DNA of 64,000 nt, taken from assembly GCF_001194135.2 (NCBI RefSeq), contig NC_068982.1, forward strand, positions 86,920,450 to 86,984,449, read 5' to 3'. Positions 26,128 through 39,870 of this stretch are shown piece by piece (within the stretch, counting starts at the first letter, position 1; each line of letters starts with the position of its first letter). Under the pieces are notes generated by a model that saw only the letters and a list, made by a program, of their open reading frames with translations, was not told the DNA's origin and ran no database searches. Position numbers and translations under genes: made by a program. Source of the stretch: Octopus bimaculoides (Eukaryota).

Positions 26128-26518
26128 TAATAAATTTGTTGTTAAGGTTATCTCTATAGATTTTCTATAGACATTATAGCCAGCACTGATTTTGTTACGT
26201 TTTGTATCCGAGACGCCAGATGTAAACAACGAGATCGAAGATGAAAAATGGGTAATGGGCTTATATGTCATCTTTCAGGAAAATTTCCTCCTTCATCAGC
26301 ATCCGTCCAACCCTATGAGCTCGTGGATGCTTAATTGGTGGATTGGTGTTGATGAAGGAGCAAAATCTCCTGAAATATAGCATATAAGCCCATTTTTCAT
26401 CTTCGATCTCATTGCTATATACATTAGGCGTCTCGGTTACGAAACATCGTAACAAAATCAGTGCTGGCTATAATTTCTATAGAAAATCTGTAGAGATAGC
26501 CTTAACATGCAATTTAAT
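26128..26518. repeat. ~390-bp near-palindromic MITE
   Basis: The arms are reverse complements; the ORF track shows near-identical peptides (..ETP..NEIEDEKW) on both strands. Confidence 0.88.
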
Positions 26519-27537
26519 AGCACTGATAACACAGTAGGACACAATATTAACTTATAAAAGCCTTTAATATATTTCGTAGTATATTATGGTTGCATAACTA
26601 AATACGGTCATTAATAGTTAATTTGTTTTAATTATTTGCAATTTTAATATGTAGAAATGATTTTATTCAATTTGACGACAACGCATAAGTATTTTCAAAT
26701 CTGACGGTGTTTTACACAGTCGATTATAACTTGTACATGTCTTACATTACTTTGAACAGCACGAGAAGAGAGATGGCTAGTTAAGTTAACATTTGACCTG
26801 GTGGCAAAGTCACATTTTGGACCTTGATAGTTTGCAAGATTATTCGTATTTTGATAATTTAGTTTTCTGTTTTCATGCAACTGGTTATTATAATTGATTC
26901 CTTGTACTTCAAAATTTACTAGTCCTATATAGCACCATCTTCTCCAGTTGTTTTGGTGTTTTGCTATATCATCCCAGTCATTACTTTTTATATTGAGTCA
27001 TTTAAAATTATCCCTAAATTTGTCTTTATTTCGCAGTCTACCAACCGTACGACTTCAATTGCCTATAAAAGACTTGTTATAGAATTCTATCATCATTCAC
27101 TCACAAAATATGACCCAACCACCTAATTTGGAGAGATACTATGCCAGGGATATTACACATAGAAAATCTATCACTTCCTCATTCTATCATTCCATTTTAT
27201 TTTGCATATTTATCTCAAGACACCGATATGAAAGCTGTTTAATTGATTAATGTGCTTCCAAGAGGGGGTTCAAGTCTCTGTACTACACAAAAGAATTGTC
27301 ATGACGATTGCTTTACAGATTTCAATTTTGGTTTTAATAGAGACCTCATAGGCATTCCGGAGTCTCTTGAACTTGCTTTGCCTATAGGAATTACAATTTC
27401 TTTATCAAACTTTCACATCATTTGTCACAACAGAGTCGAGAGAGGTGAAAGAACAGACTGTTTTTAGTGTTTTTCCTTCTACAAACACTGTAGACATAAT
27501 CTTCGGGCTATTACCAGGACATAGTTGAAAGAGGAGT

Positions 27538-27569
<32 letters not shown>

Positions 27570-27592
27570 TGTATGTATGTATGTGTGCGTAC

Positions 27593-27680
<88 letters not shown>

Positions 27681-28015
27681 AGATAGATAAATATAATTTT
27701 TTACCGGCAGAAGTTACAGAGGGACTCAAGGACCTAGTGTTTGTTCTATTCAAGTTACACTGAGAAAACAAAGACGAAAACTCACAGATCAGTTGAAAAA
27801 ACACTTATATCCCCTTTAAATATATAAAAAGACGAAGCACAAGTTTCTTCACATTTAGTTCATCACACTCCAACCGGTTTTCATTGTTTGAGCTACTCTT
27901 TCATGGGAAACGAGGAAAATTGTCATTTAAGTATCTTTTTAGAAAGCATTACTTCTCGTCTTTTTCTAATAGTGTTCTGTGTTATACAAGGTACATTATT
28001 CACAGGGATCAATAA

Positions 28016-29600
28016 CACTGGGAAACACAATTTTCGTTCTGACCCTTGTTTTTGACTAATTTTTGGACTCTAATCCCAGTTCTTCTGCACCATTCCAACC
28101 TTTTCAGTTACAGGGTACTCCCGCTTTGTCGGAAAAATGATAATGATATCGTATCTAACAAATTTGTGTTTATTTTATAGAATGTTTTAAAAATTTACAC
28201 ACAATGGAAAATAGTGAAACAATGTTTAACTGTAAAATTTGTACAAATTAATTTTATTCACACAAAGGATATTGTTTCTGTGAGTTGAATTGCGTGCAAC
28301 TTGTTAAGGTAAACATTTACAGTTAAAGCTTTTCCGGGAGTGTTCAATCTATGGGCATCAATAGTCAGCCATTATATTTATATTTCGTCTACCCTGATAC
28401 TGTTCCTCCATGACCTTCATATGTAGAGTTGGGAATATGATTTTCTTTATGTCAACAAGTGGCTTATGTAGAATGTTGGGGCAACCAACTTTGAAATCAG
28501 GTCTTAGGGGCTAATTTCTTTCCACCAATGCTTCTCTTCAGTTTTGCTGTCCCACATGCACAGAAAGCAGGGATACTTGATATATGTGTTGCTGACCAAG
28601 AAGGATGTATACCATTTTAAGGTCAACAAAGGTGATTCAATTGACTTCGTGATATTGTAACAAATCTAAAACTCTTTATATCAATATATTCTTCACGATG
28701 ACAAACTGAATGTCCAATTTCGACTACACTATATAAATTGCCATTGTGGAGGAGGTTATACTTTAAGCTCCTCTTGAGCTATCGATGAACAGTCGCTATT
28801 CAGTTGAGTTGTTGATCGGAATTCCCAATGGTCCATTGAATTCTGTGTGTTGTGGCAGAACTTTTTCTGGATCGAAATTAGGATGCCTTCGCTCCTTTTT
28901 CAACCAAGGTTTTCTCATTTAGTTTTGATGCTAGGAGTTCTAAAGCCTATTTTTGATCATCTCAGATCTCGTGCCCTATCATTCAACTCGTGCTGATCGA
29001 ATACCTTACGAGATGAGTCATCATCAATTTCAAAATCTGTATCGTTGCTGTCATTGGGTTCTTCCTCATGATCCGCATCTTCAAAAGAAAGGAGCTGAAC
29101 AAAAACTAGCACTGGGATTTCAGCTGAAAGAGGCACTGGACGTATAGCTGATGGTAGACTAGGACACTTGATTTTACATTTGTTTTTCTTGTTATATCCT
29201 GAAGTATCAGTCTGTGCAATATTTTGGTTCTCGCCAAATCATAAGTATACCAAATGCCAACTCATCACGTGCTTCTTTGGTCCACATCCGTAAACTCTAC
29301 ACACACTGCTTACACACCTTGTGAGGGGACCAAGACTTGTCTTGGTCAACAACTTTTACTTTAAATTATGCAAAATAGCTTGGTTTCACAAATACTCTGA
29401 TGTTTCACGTTTAACTGGGAATGGTGAAACTGTCACAGATATAGGAAAATGAATCAGGGCTGTTTAGGTACTTACAGCAAGAAGTAGCAGTAGCAGAAGG
29501 AGACATGATCTGAAAGAAAGGAAATAAGCATGGAATAAAAAAATAAGTTGTGTAGTCACAAGCTTATAAAAAGAAAACAAAATGCTTACATATTATAATA
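28016..29600 (-). mobile_element. Second Chapaev3-like transposon (decayed, different subfamily)
   Basis: Minus: PDSFSYICDSF, DQDKSWSPHKVCKQC, IWREPK, YIKYPCFLCMWDSK, KVMEEQYQGR..MADY; end CACTGGGAAAC at 28016 preceded by TAA. Confidence 0.75.
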
Positions 29601-30797
29601 TCTGCTAACCCCTTGCAGACAGACTTTCATGTATTATTTGCAGAATATGATAGTAGTCACCTATATAGAGTGGCCATGAGGGCCTGTAACCACTATCCCA
29701 GAAAAATATGTGTATTCTACATAAATATGTATGGACATGTATTCAAAAATGAATATACATACATATACACTCATACAAATACATCATAGATACCTATATA
29801 TTCACACAAATACTCCATAAGAAAGAACAGGGTAGAAATTTAGGCCTCAAACCTTAGGACAGAATCCCTCCACACTTCAAACCAGAAGTTCACTCACTTC
29901 AAAGCCTTGCCATCTCTCTTCAACTGCACAAATCTGTTCTTCGGTCTTTTAACTTCGAATCCTCTGCGCTACAGTACTTCTCACTACCATAACTTAATTA
30001 CATTCGCGTAATTTCAAGCATCTTAGCACCAAGTCAGCCTCCAGTCTCCATCTTGAAACAATAACTTGACTCTTAAGAATTGAAAACCAGCTGCGATATC
30101 TGGTTGGTCAATAACCATGACTTTCTTTGGCAGGAGATTTTAAACTAACTATAAGATGCCATGCTTTTCAAAACTCAACCTAAAGTCAGCAAATCTGAAA
30201 AAATCGCTCTCCTTATCAAAAAAATAATAAAAGCAATCAACTGACTAATCCTATAACTTGCGGACAAACAGTACAATTGTGAAAAATGAAGCTTGACGTG
30301 ATAGAAGAAAACTGACTGTAGCTTTGAAATCAGCATGCCAATTTTAATAAAGTGAAAAACTGAACTCACCAGAAATTATGTTTAAAATTGTAATTGCTTG
30401 TTATATAAGAACAAGGCCTTGATCATCTAAAATACTTGACCGGTGTTTTAGTTTATCGACCCAAGGAAAAAATGATCTCCGAGAGATTTGAGCTCAGTGT
30501 TNNNNNNNNNNNNNNNNNNNNNNNNNNNNNNNNNNNNNNNNNNNNNNNNNNNNNNNNNNNNNNNNNNNNNNNNNNNNNNNNNNNNNNNNNNNNNNNNNNN
30601 NNNNNNNNNNNNNNNNNNNNNNNNNNNNNNNNNNNNNNNNNNNNNNNNNNNNNNNNNNNNNNNNNNNNNNNNNNNNNNNNNNNNNNNNNNNNNNNNNNNN
30701 NNNNNNNNNNNNNNNNNNNNNNNNNNNNNNNNNNNNNNNNNNNNNNNNNNNNNNNNNNNNNNNNNNNNNNNNNNNNNNNNNNNNNNNNNNNNNNNNN

Positions 30798-30849
<52 letters not shown>

Positions 30850-31559
30850 CAAAAATATCCCCGAAAGACTAATGTGTCGACCTTACGGAATTTTTCTATA
30901 ATTCTTATAATTGATTTTGCTATCGGTGTACCGTCCTTCGTTTACGTGGTGGGAACTCAGTTTGTTCGAGGTAGTCTTTGAGGTATCTACAACAATGTTA
31001 TAAATTAAATTATTACAGTTTTACTTAAAGATTTATCTATTCTTGATCTTGGAACTCTGAGTTTTTAGTCAAAAATAAGCATGAACCATAATTTGGTCTT
31101 ATAATTTGTCACAATGAATTTGAAAATTTGTTTATGAACTTTTACCCAGTGTTTTTGTAATTACAATGACTTTGATTTTCAGAAACTTCTTAATATTCCA
31201 GACTTTATGTAAAATAAGTAACATGGTGAAATATGTTTATTATGAATTTAGGTGGCGAGTTGGCAGAAGAGTTAGCACGCCAGACAAAGTGCTTAGAAGC
31301 ATTGCGTCCGCCTTTTAATATATATAAAATCAACCAAGCGGTTTAAGCGCATGTATATACAGGCATATATGCAGAGTATATGCAGGCACGCGTTCGTATA
31401 TTATGTCCTACACACTCACACATGCAGACATAGGCGTCTTTTCTCTCTGTCTTTTACGTTTTTCTTTCTTTCCCCTTCTCTATATATATTTACCACACTC
31501 TCTCACTCTTTCTTTGTATATGAATATCTGTCACGCTGCGTATACATGTTTGCATGTCG

Positions 31560-32168
31560 TTATACAGTTTTATTTCAAGATTTCTTGCCAATAGAGAAAG
31601 AACCGGTTTCTAACCTAGATCCAAGTCTTCATTAGAATTTCAACATCAACAACAGGGTATTTTTGTTTGTATGCATGTATGTATGTATATATGTATGTAG
31701 GTATATGTGCAGATTTGTATGTTTTGTTTTATGTATGTATTCTCATTGCATATTTAGACATGCTCATATATATTTAAATGATAAACTTCTGGAAAGTTTA
31801 ACAGAGCCTTACAGTTCAAGTGATAGATTGGATCTATAGACTTCGAATTAGCTTTCTTCTTTCTGGTTTTGAAAAGCATAATTTCTCAAGATGGGTATTT
31901 AGGAAGTGTGTTACATACCCTAGGATCCCAATAATTACAGGTATAAGCCTGAACTTATAATCTGAATAGAGTAACTGCAAATCTCTCAATAGTTCTTCAG
32001 CTTTATGTTAACATCTGCTGGGTAGCTAATTTCTACAACTGTACACAGTTTCTCTTCTCTATCCCAAATCATTATATCAGGTCTGTTGTGCTTACATTTT
32101 ATTGAGGTTTTCACTGGAACATTCCACCAGTACTCCTTTTTATTGAGTGGCTATAGCTTCTACCACAT
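31560..32168 (-). mobile_element. R4/Dong-clade LINE 3' fragment (restriction-like endonuclease)
   Basis: Minus: EYWWNVPVKTSIKCKHNRPDIMIWDREEKLCTVVEIS; 3' UTR matches 55670-55880; 5' junction at (CATA)n. Confidence 0.85.
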
Positions 32169-32187
32169 GTATGTATGTATGTATGTA

Positions 32188-34012
32188 CAGCGCTGGAGTG
32201 AACACTTCAGTCAGCTGCTAAACAGACCTTCTCAGATTGTCGCTTGATGACCCCGCCCCCAACACTTGTAGAAATCCAGAAGGCCATCAAGCAACTACAT
32301 GTGGGGAAAGCACCTAGTCCTGACGGAATACCTCCAGAGATCTTCAAAGAGGGATGTGAAGCTGTTACCATCAAGTTGACTGAGCTGATACAGCAGTTCT
32401 GGGACGAAAGGTCAGTGCCACAGGACTTCAAGGATGTTAACATCGTGCATCTGTACAAGAACAAGAGGGACAGAGCTTCATGTGACAACCACAGAGGCAT
32501 CTCATTGCTGAGCATCGCAGGAGAGATCATGGCTCGTGTTTTTCTGAACCGCATCACGTACCACCTGCTGGACGACGTGGTCTCATAGAGCCAGTGTGGA
32601 TTTACGAATAGCAGGGGGACAATAGACATGGTCTTTGCAGTACGGCAGATACAAGAGAAATGCCGAGAACAAGACCAGAACCTCTACACCCTCTTCGTGG
32701 ACCTGACGAAGGCTTTTGACACTGTCAGCCGAGAGGGCCTGAGGGATATCTTGTCCAAGCTAGGCTGCCCACCAAAGCTCGTCAGGATCATCCAGTCATT
32801 TCATGATGGCATGATGGCTTCGCATCGTGGAAAACGGAGATGTCTCTAATCAATTCCTGGTCTCCAATGACGTGAAGCAAGGCTGCGTGATGGCACCCAT
32901 ATTCTTCAGCCTCATGTTTGCCACCATGCTCTTCCGCACCCTGTCAAAGTCTGATGCTGTTGTCACTATTCGCTACAGATGTGACGGCCGATTCTTTGAC
33001 CACAGACGTCTGAAGGCAAAAACCAAAGTCCTGGACGCCCTAGTGAGAGACTTCCTGCTTGCAGACGATTGCGCGCTTGCAGCATTGAATGAACCAGACC
33101 TGCAAGAACTTGCCACTTGTCTCGCAAAAGCAGCAGAAGCCTTCGGACTAACCATTAACCTGCGAAAAACTGAAGTGATGCTTCAGCCTGCACCTGTCCT
33201 GACACCTCCTGAGCCTCAGATTGAGATTGAGGGCACAACTCTGAACAACGTGGAGAGCTTTACATACCTGGGAAGCTGCCTGTCCTCAAACTGCAGCATG
33301 GACAAAAATGTCTCCATGAGGCTTGCAAAAGCAGGAGCTTCATTTGGCAGACTTTGGACATGTGTGTGGGACGAACGAGGCATCAGACTTTCCACCAAGC
33401 TGGCAGTCTATAGGGCAGTCATCATCACTTCTCTGCTGTACGGCTGTGGGACGTGGACGCTGTATAGGAGGCAAAGGCGAGTACTTGACCAGTTCCACCT
33501 CCGCTGCTTGCGACGAATCATGAGAATTTCTTGGGAGGACAGAGTTTCCAACACTGAGGTGTTCGCAGACCCGAAATGCTCGGGATTGAAGCCCTCATCA
33601 TGAAGGCCCAGCTCCGGTGGGTCGGACATGTAGTCCGAATGGACGACACGCATCTACCAAAGATGATCTTCTCTGAGCTGGCTTCTGGAGCAAGAAACCA
33701 TGGAAGGTCACTGAGATGATACAAGGACAGCCTGAAAACTTCCCTTGAGGCCTGCAACATTTCAGCCCGTGGCTGGGTATCGCTTGCCTCTGACCGCGGC
33801 GCCTGGCGTCCAGCTGTCCAAAAGGCTGTTCGAGGAAAAGCGCCTCAAGAGTCTGGACCAGAAGCAACAAGCCCGAAAAGAGAGGATCTCCAACTCTACT
33901 TCTGCTGTTACGTGCCCAACATGTGGCCGCGTCTGCGCGTCCGCCTTTGGGCTCCGCTCCCACCCCAGGTGTCACTGACGTCATTATCGAACCCCGACAG
34001 ACTTCCATTATT
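32188..34012 (+). mobile_element. 5'-truncated RTE (BovB-like) LINE, lightly decayed
   Basis: GKAPSPDGIPPE, NHRGISLLS, FVDLTKAFDTV, LLADDCAL, FTYLGS, terminal CPTCGRVC..LRSH finger; inserted in a (TATG)n tract. Confidence 0.95.
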
Positions 34013-34339
34013 ATTATGTATGTAAGTAGGTATGTATGTATGTATCTATCTAAACATGAATGTGTATGTCTGTACTTTTATTACATCAATTTCTAGTTAT
34101 CTTTTCTATATTATTGTCCCCTCCACTACCTATATGACTCCTAATTTCTGACTATAAATAATGACTTCATCCAAATGCGAAATCTTATATTACTTGCTTC
34201 TCTGTCTGAAGAATTTCTAATAGAAGACATCTTTCATTTTCTCCAGCATGTACAATTTTGTAACTGAAACATGTGTAATGGTGTATAATAAATAATACCA
34301 AAATTTTTCCACTCTCTTGTTTTTACATACACGCATGCG

Positions 34340-34830
34340 CGCATACATAACTCGAAACAGTTTCAAATTAGGATCCTCTGACTTCAATGTACTTGTTGTA
34401 CTCCATCCACTTCAAGAAGGCCCTGCGGAAGTTCTCCAAAGTGAAGGTGTTCAAATCCTTGTCACAGCCTCCATCATCTTCAAAACGACTGCCGCTGAGG
34501 TTCTCTTGCTCCATGTAACCAAAAGTCACAGGGAGCAAGGTCTGGACTGTAGGGAAGGTGAGGGACACTTTTGCTCATCTTTGTCAAGTAGATGATTACT
34601 TGAATACTCGTCACTAAGTACTCTGGGAATAAACTGTACACAAATTTTGCGCATGTTCAGATGTACACGAATAATTCTGTGTACAGTTGCCTCACCAAAT
34701 CTAAACTGTGTGCATATTGTCGTTATAGATATACGACGGTCTTCAACCAGAAAATTGCGAATTTTCTCAACCAACTGCGATGTTCTGATGTCTCTCTCCT
34801 TCCCATCTCTCTCACTTACTTTGTTGGCAA
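34340..34830 (-). mobile_element. mariner transposase relic, internally deleted
   Basis: EDRRISITTIC..GEATVHRIIRVHLNMRKICVQFIPRVLSDE, then RFED..FRRAFLKWME..KYIEVRG. Confidence 0.75.
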
Positions 34831-34919
34831 AGCAGCTTATTAGATATCTAGTAATTACAATAGTCTAGGACATTTATAACTGCCTCTCCTAAGAGTTTCA
34901 TAAAGCTTCTGGGATGCAC

Positions 34920-34963
<44 letters not shown>

Positions 34964-34979
34964 NNNNNNNNNNATGCAC

Positions 34980-35013
<34 letters not shown>

Positions 35014-35605
35014 TGTGTGCACATGCGTGTCTGTGTGTCTTTTAAGTACTCGCGCGCGCACATGCTGTGTGTGTGTGTGTGAGAGTGTGTGTGTACGTGT
35101 GTGCGTGTGTGTATGTGTGTTTATGTATGTGTGTATGTACTGAACTACTGCTGGTGTTTCACGTTACTTCCTAAGGAGAATACCTTGCTAGAAGTGCAAT
35201 AATTGAGCCTTCTAGAAATAGACTTGTTTATATTAATAAGTTGCCTCTATGGTCATGATATAAATTTGTGATTTTTACGGACAACAATTTGAAATTATAA
35301 ATAACCTACACTCTCTGTACCTAATTTAATTAGCGTTTGATTAGTTCACTATAATATAATCGATATCTGTCACAAACGGCAATTTTCTATTTTTATATCC
35401 CGTACAATATCCCAACAAAATAAATCTGCTATTCCACTATCCTATAGCCAATGTATAGCCATTAATTCTTCTACAATAAAAATATGGAGCGGATAACATA
35501 TATGTTGAATAGACCACCAGCTACAAAGATACTAGGCCCCAAGTATCTACATGAACAAAACCACCAACTTCAGTAATATAACTAGACCACCATTTGTTTA
35601 CTCAG

Positions 35606-35672
35606 ATCTCCGTGTTTGGCGATATGGATTCAATTGTTCGATTACCTGAATTATCTGCTCCTGAATAAATGT
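35606..35672 (+). other. Candidate 67-nt host exon
   Basis: Acceptor TTTGTTTACTCAG and donor GTAAGT; one open frame (SPCLAIWIQLFDYLNYLLLNKC); lies in non-repeat-looking DNA; protein not recognised. Confidence 0.25.
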
Positions 35673-37129
35673 GTAAGTTGCTGAGCGTTCCACATAGTGA
35701 GTCAGCTTGACACAGTTTGGGACAAGGCTTTACCTTTTGAGTTTCCGGTAAAATCCACCCGATGGGTTTTTATAATTTCGCTTTTGATAGAATTTCAGCG
35801 TTTGATTAGTAATCAAGTCACGGCCATCTCATCTATATTATGGGTATGCGGAGCGAAAATTAAGGTTTTCTAAATATCAATCCAATTTTAAAACATTAAT
35901 AATATTGTTGGGGCAAACTGATCGAAACAATGGGCAGATAAAACAGCCACTAGAAAGTTACCTCACTGAGCCACTTTATTTGAGAGCCAATGATGTGTAG
36001 CCCCTGGGTTAGTCTGACGGTGCAGTGTTATAGTGTGCAGACAGTTAAACAAAAAAGAAGGCGCAACCCTTAGCTATGTTTTCTTCCTAGTTCTACCATG
36101 TTTTACCTTATCGAGATTCAAGTTATACACTCCGATACATATTGAATAGTATGGAGAATAATGTGATAATCCGGATATATTGTACTTTCTTCGTTGTTTA
36201 ATCTATTTTTGTACGCCCACAGATTCTAATGGTAGCCACAGCGCAGACAGGAAGGGGACTTGGTCAGAGTGCAACAGTTGCTTTTTCTCTGTACTTAGTG
36301 ATGTGTATTCCAACACAGTATTTGGGGTTATACCTCGGGTTTCTGTAGGTGTATTCTGTGTTCAACATGTGACGATGTCTAAATGTGTTGTTTTCTATTT
36401 TAGTTTAATGTGGTTTGTTATGGAGTGATTAATAGTGCAGGCAGAACTGTTATTGTCTATATTTATGGTTGTATTATATTGTTATTGTGGGTTTATTCTG
36501 CTAGCTAAATGTGTATCTGTGAGTATTATAAATATGTTCGAGTTATATTGATGTTATGTTCGAAATTAATGCTACTAATTGACCTAATAACAGTAGTGCC
36601 GTCAATTTGTTTGATCATTCTAATTTTAGCGTCGTTGCAATGCTGCTAAATCAGCTAAATCTATTGATGAATGCAACTATCTCCAGTTTCTAATATCTAA
36701 GATAAATAAGACGTATCATTTTAACAACGGTGCAAAGCTTAAAAATTATAGGAGACTGGGAATGAGATTGACAGATGTTTATATATTTCCTGTTGTTAGG
36801 GATATAACTGAAATAAATAGTTCCAACTCAGAAATGAAATTGTGTAGCAGATTCAACTTTCCAGAAACATTTCAGGTTGCATCATTTTGTTTACATATCA
36901 AATTTTCTGTGGTAGACATCAGCTGTTCAATTATACATATTTTGCCAGCTGTGATTTAACCATATAGAATCATAAAGATCATAGAATCTCATACAGCCGG
37001 GATAATTAAATCAAATATATTTGCATTCCTTTAACAATGCATAAAGAAATAGATATTCGTTGTCAATGATTAAACTTACGTCAGAAATTTGTAAAATTTT
37101 TTGTTTATCATAATTATTTCATTGTCTGT

Positions 37130-37960
37130 TACTAAATTTAGAGTGCTAATTCCAAAAATGTTAACCGTTTCAGAAGAATTAAACTATAGTGAATAGCTGC
37201 TTCAAATACCTATGTAAAATCAGTTTTCAATTTCACATTATTTTCTAGAGTTGGAAATCTTACCATTGTATAATATGTTAAGTAGTGAAGACAAAACATC
37301 ACCAGATATCTTGTTATGCTTACAGTTGTTGCTGTGTTAGAATCCAGCAGGTATCATAAAGTTGTGAAAGGTGCCGAAATCTGGACAGTGCACTTTGGAA
37401 TGTTATTGGTGATCAAAGCAAGCCTTAGGCCCCACATGTAATATGTGGATGCTGTTAATTTAACTCTTTGCTATTTCCAGAATATGAAGAAACTCGAAGA
37501 ATAACTACACGAACTCTTATTTTTGTATATTACATGTTACAATGTAGATTAAGTTTAAGCGAAAGGATGATCTTCATTGTACAACTCAAAGAAAGGAATT
37601 CAATCGGAAGAGATTAGTAGAAGATTGCTGGACTACAATGCACCAGTAAAAGGCATACAGAATTTAAAAGTTGTTAGTGAAGACCCGAATTTCTGAAAAG
37701 ATGCACATAGATTGCTTACTGTTCTTGGACTGAAGCATGACTATGTAGAATGAGGACTTTTTCATAGACAGTTCAATTTCAAACCTCAAAGCAGTTTTAC
37801 TTCACTAAGTAGATATCAATTTTTACCTTTTGGACAATCAGTACAAATGAAACAGCTATGAAGATGTTAAACGGTGACTTGCCAAAATCAAGAATAGAGA
37901 ATATAAGTTATATGTGAGGAAGGTTTTCAAGGAGGTTGCCTTTATGCTCTATCAGGTGGA
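37130..37960 (+). mobile_element. Third, old Chapaev3-like transposase fragment
   Basis: GDQSKP*APHVICGC and GLFIDSSISNLKAVLLH...SYEDVK match the conserved N-terminal and central motifs of the family. Confidence 0.6.
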
Positions 37961-38117
37961 TATACATGTTATACATCTTTTTTTGTTTTGTTTATAGAAT
38001 AGTAGGCTGTTGGTAATTATTACTAGATACACGCACACACACATATACGCACACGCACACGCACACGCACACGCACACACAGACACAGTATGCATTACTT
38101 GCAAGCATTGCGCATTA

Positions 38118-38213
<96 letters not shown>

Positions 38214-38353
38214 TGTGCGCGCGTGTATAGAACTCCTGAAATATCTCCTGCACGGCCACTCCGGATGTATATTTTCTGTTTACAAACCTAACTGACCATG
38301 ACGTCTTCCCCCCTCCTCTTGTAGAGAAGTTATGTGCCTATGGCCATTTGAGC

Positions 38354-38400
38354 CTGACGAGTCAATGCGAAACTTATGGTCACCCTCTGACCGACCATAA
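38354..38400 (+). ncRNA. Truncated hammerhead-like motif at the 5' junction of a PLE
   Basis: CTGACGA-G-TCAATG-C-GAAAC followed by a perfect 8-bp hairpin TTATGGTC/GACCATAA; the expected GUH and stem I are absent. Confidence 0.3.
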
Positions 38401-39760
38401 CAATTTCCGATATACCAACCTTAAAGAAGTCAACTTCCTGGACGTTAACATGAATCTTTACACCGCTTAACACCAGAAAATTTAAACTCTACTACCACAA
38501 ACCAAACGAGGAAGTCTCGTACATGGACATAGGTTCCAACCACCCACCAGCAGTAATTAAACAAATGGTTAACAACATTAGCAGGCGCGTCTCCAATTTA
38601 TCCGCCGACAAAGATACTTTTGAAAAAAGCCGCCCCATATTATAATGTTGCATAAGAAATGCTCAACTTTAAGAATAACATATACTACATTGAACCAAAT
38701 ACGTAGATAGAGGAAAATCTTATGGTTTAACCCACCTTATAGCATGAATGTAGCCACTAGCATAGCTAGGAAATTCTTAAAACTAATAGACAATCACTTT
38801 CCGCATCCACACAAATACCACAAGATCTTCAACAGCAATACTGTTAAAGTTAGCTATAGTTGCCTCCTAAATATAGGATCAATAATACTCAAATAAAAAT
38901 AAATATAAACACACAAGAAACACACCCGAAAGACAATGCAACTGTAGATCCCCAAATCGCTGCCCTCTAAACGACAATTGTCTCGAGAAAGAACTCGTTT
39001 ATATGGCAAAAATCACGGACCCCAACAGAGTAGCAAAAACGTATATCAGAATGATGGGCAACTCGTTCAAGGAAAGGTATACGAAATATCTGGCGTCATT
39101 CAGAGACAAAAGTATAAAAAAACATGCAAAATCCTGTCAAATATTATATGGACATTGAAAGAAGGAGGATAAGCAAACCCCAGATAGAATGGAAAATTAT
39201 TGCTAAAGCCAAAAAGTACAGAAGATGGGATATCAAATGGGAACTCTGTAGTACTGAAAAATTAGACATTATACAATCAACAGATAACATCCTAAACATT
39301 AGAGATGAAGCCTTCTATCCCTGCATACACAAGCAATATTTTACACTCAGATACTTCAAAGATGAGCCACCATCTGCGACGGTAATTCCACTGGGATAGC
39401 CCCTTTCACGAATGTGTAATATGAACACACATAGCACACAAACTCCACACACAGAAGAAATATGTCCTAATGACGAACTACCTCAGCACACAAGTATAAG
39501 AATACCACACCCAGAACAAAAACGAAATAATCAAATTGAGCACACAATAATTTGCTCAAAAGACAAATCCAAGGGAAACAAACATTCAAAATATGCCACC
39601 TAATAGTACCATCCCTTGATTCATTGTTTTATTCACATGAATTCAAGAGAATCTCCGCGAACTAAACGCGGCTGTGTTTTCCAAAATGGAAGCGAACACC
39701 TTTCTCCATGTGATCGGCCCGAAAAATTGTTAAGACAGTGGGATATTTTCCTACTTTTCT
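38400..39760 (+). mobile_element. Penelope-like element (RT C-terminal part + GIY-YIG), decayed
   Basis: [75 protein letters not shown]. Confidence 0.9.
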
Positions 39761-39870
39761 TAACATTAGACCAATGGTATTCTTAATTCACAAATACCGA
39801 AATTATATCCACTAATGCGGTGTTGAGCACTCATTTTCATCGTTCGATATTTACGTATATATAAATATAT

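Noticed and set aside
26690-27470. Minus-strand LINE RT
   Set aside because: Two weak motif look-alikes appear in the wrong order; cannot be supported.
34900-35010. Tandem duplication of ATGCACCCTG-(TG)n
   Set aside because: The copies flank a 10-N gap; almost certainly a contig-overlap artefact.
39690-39735. Hammerhead at the 3' end of the 38.4-39.7 kb PLE
   Set aside because: CCATGTGATCGGCCCGAAAAATTG has no intact core, no stem I and no valid cleavage triplet.
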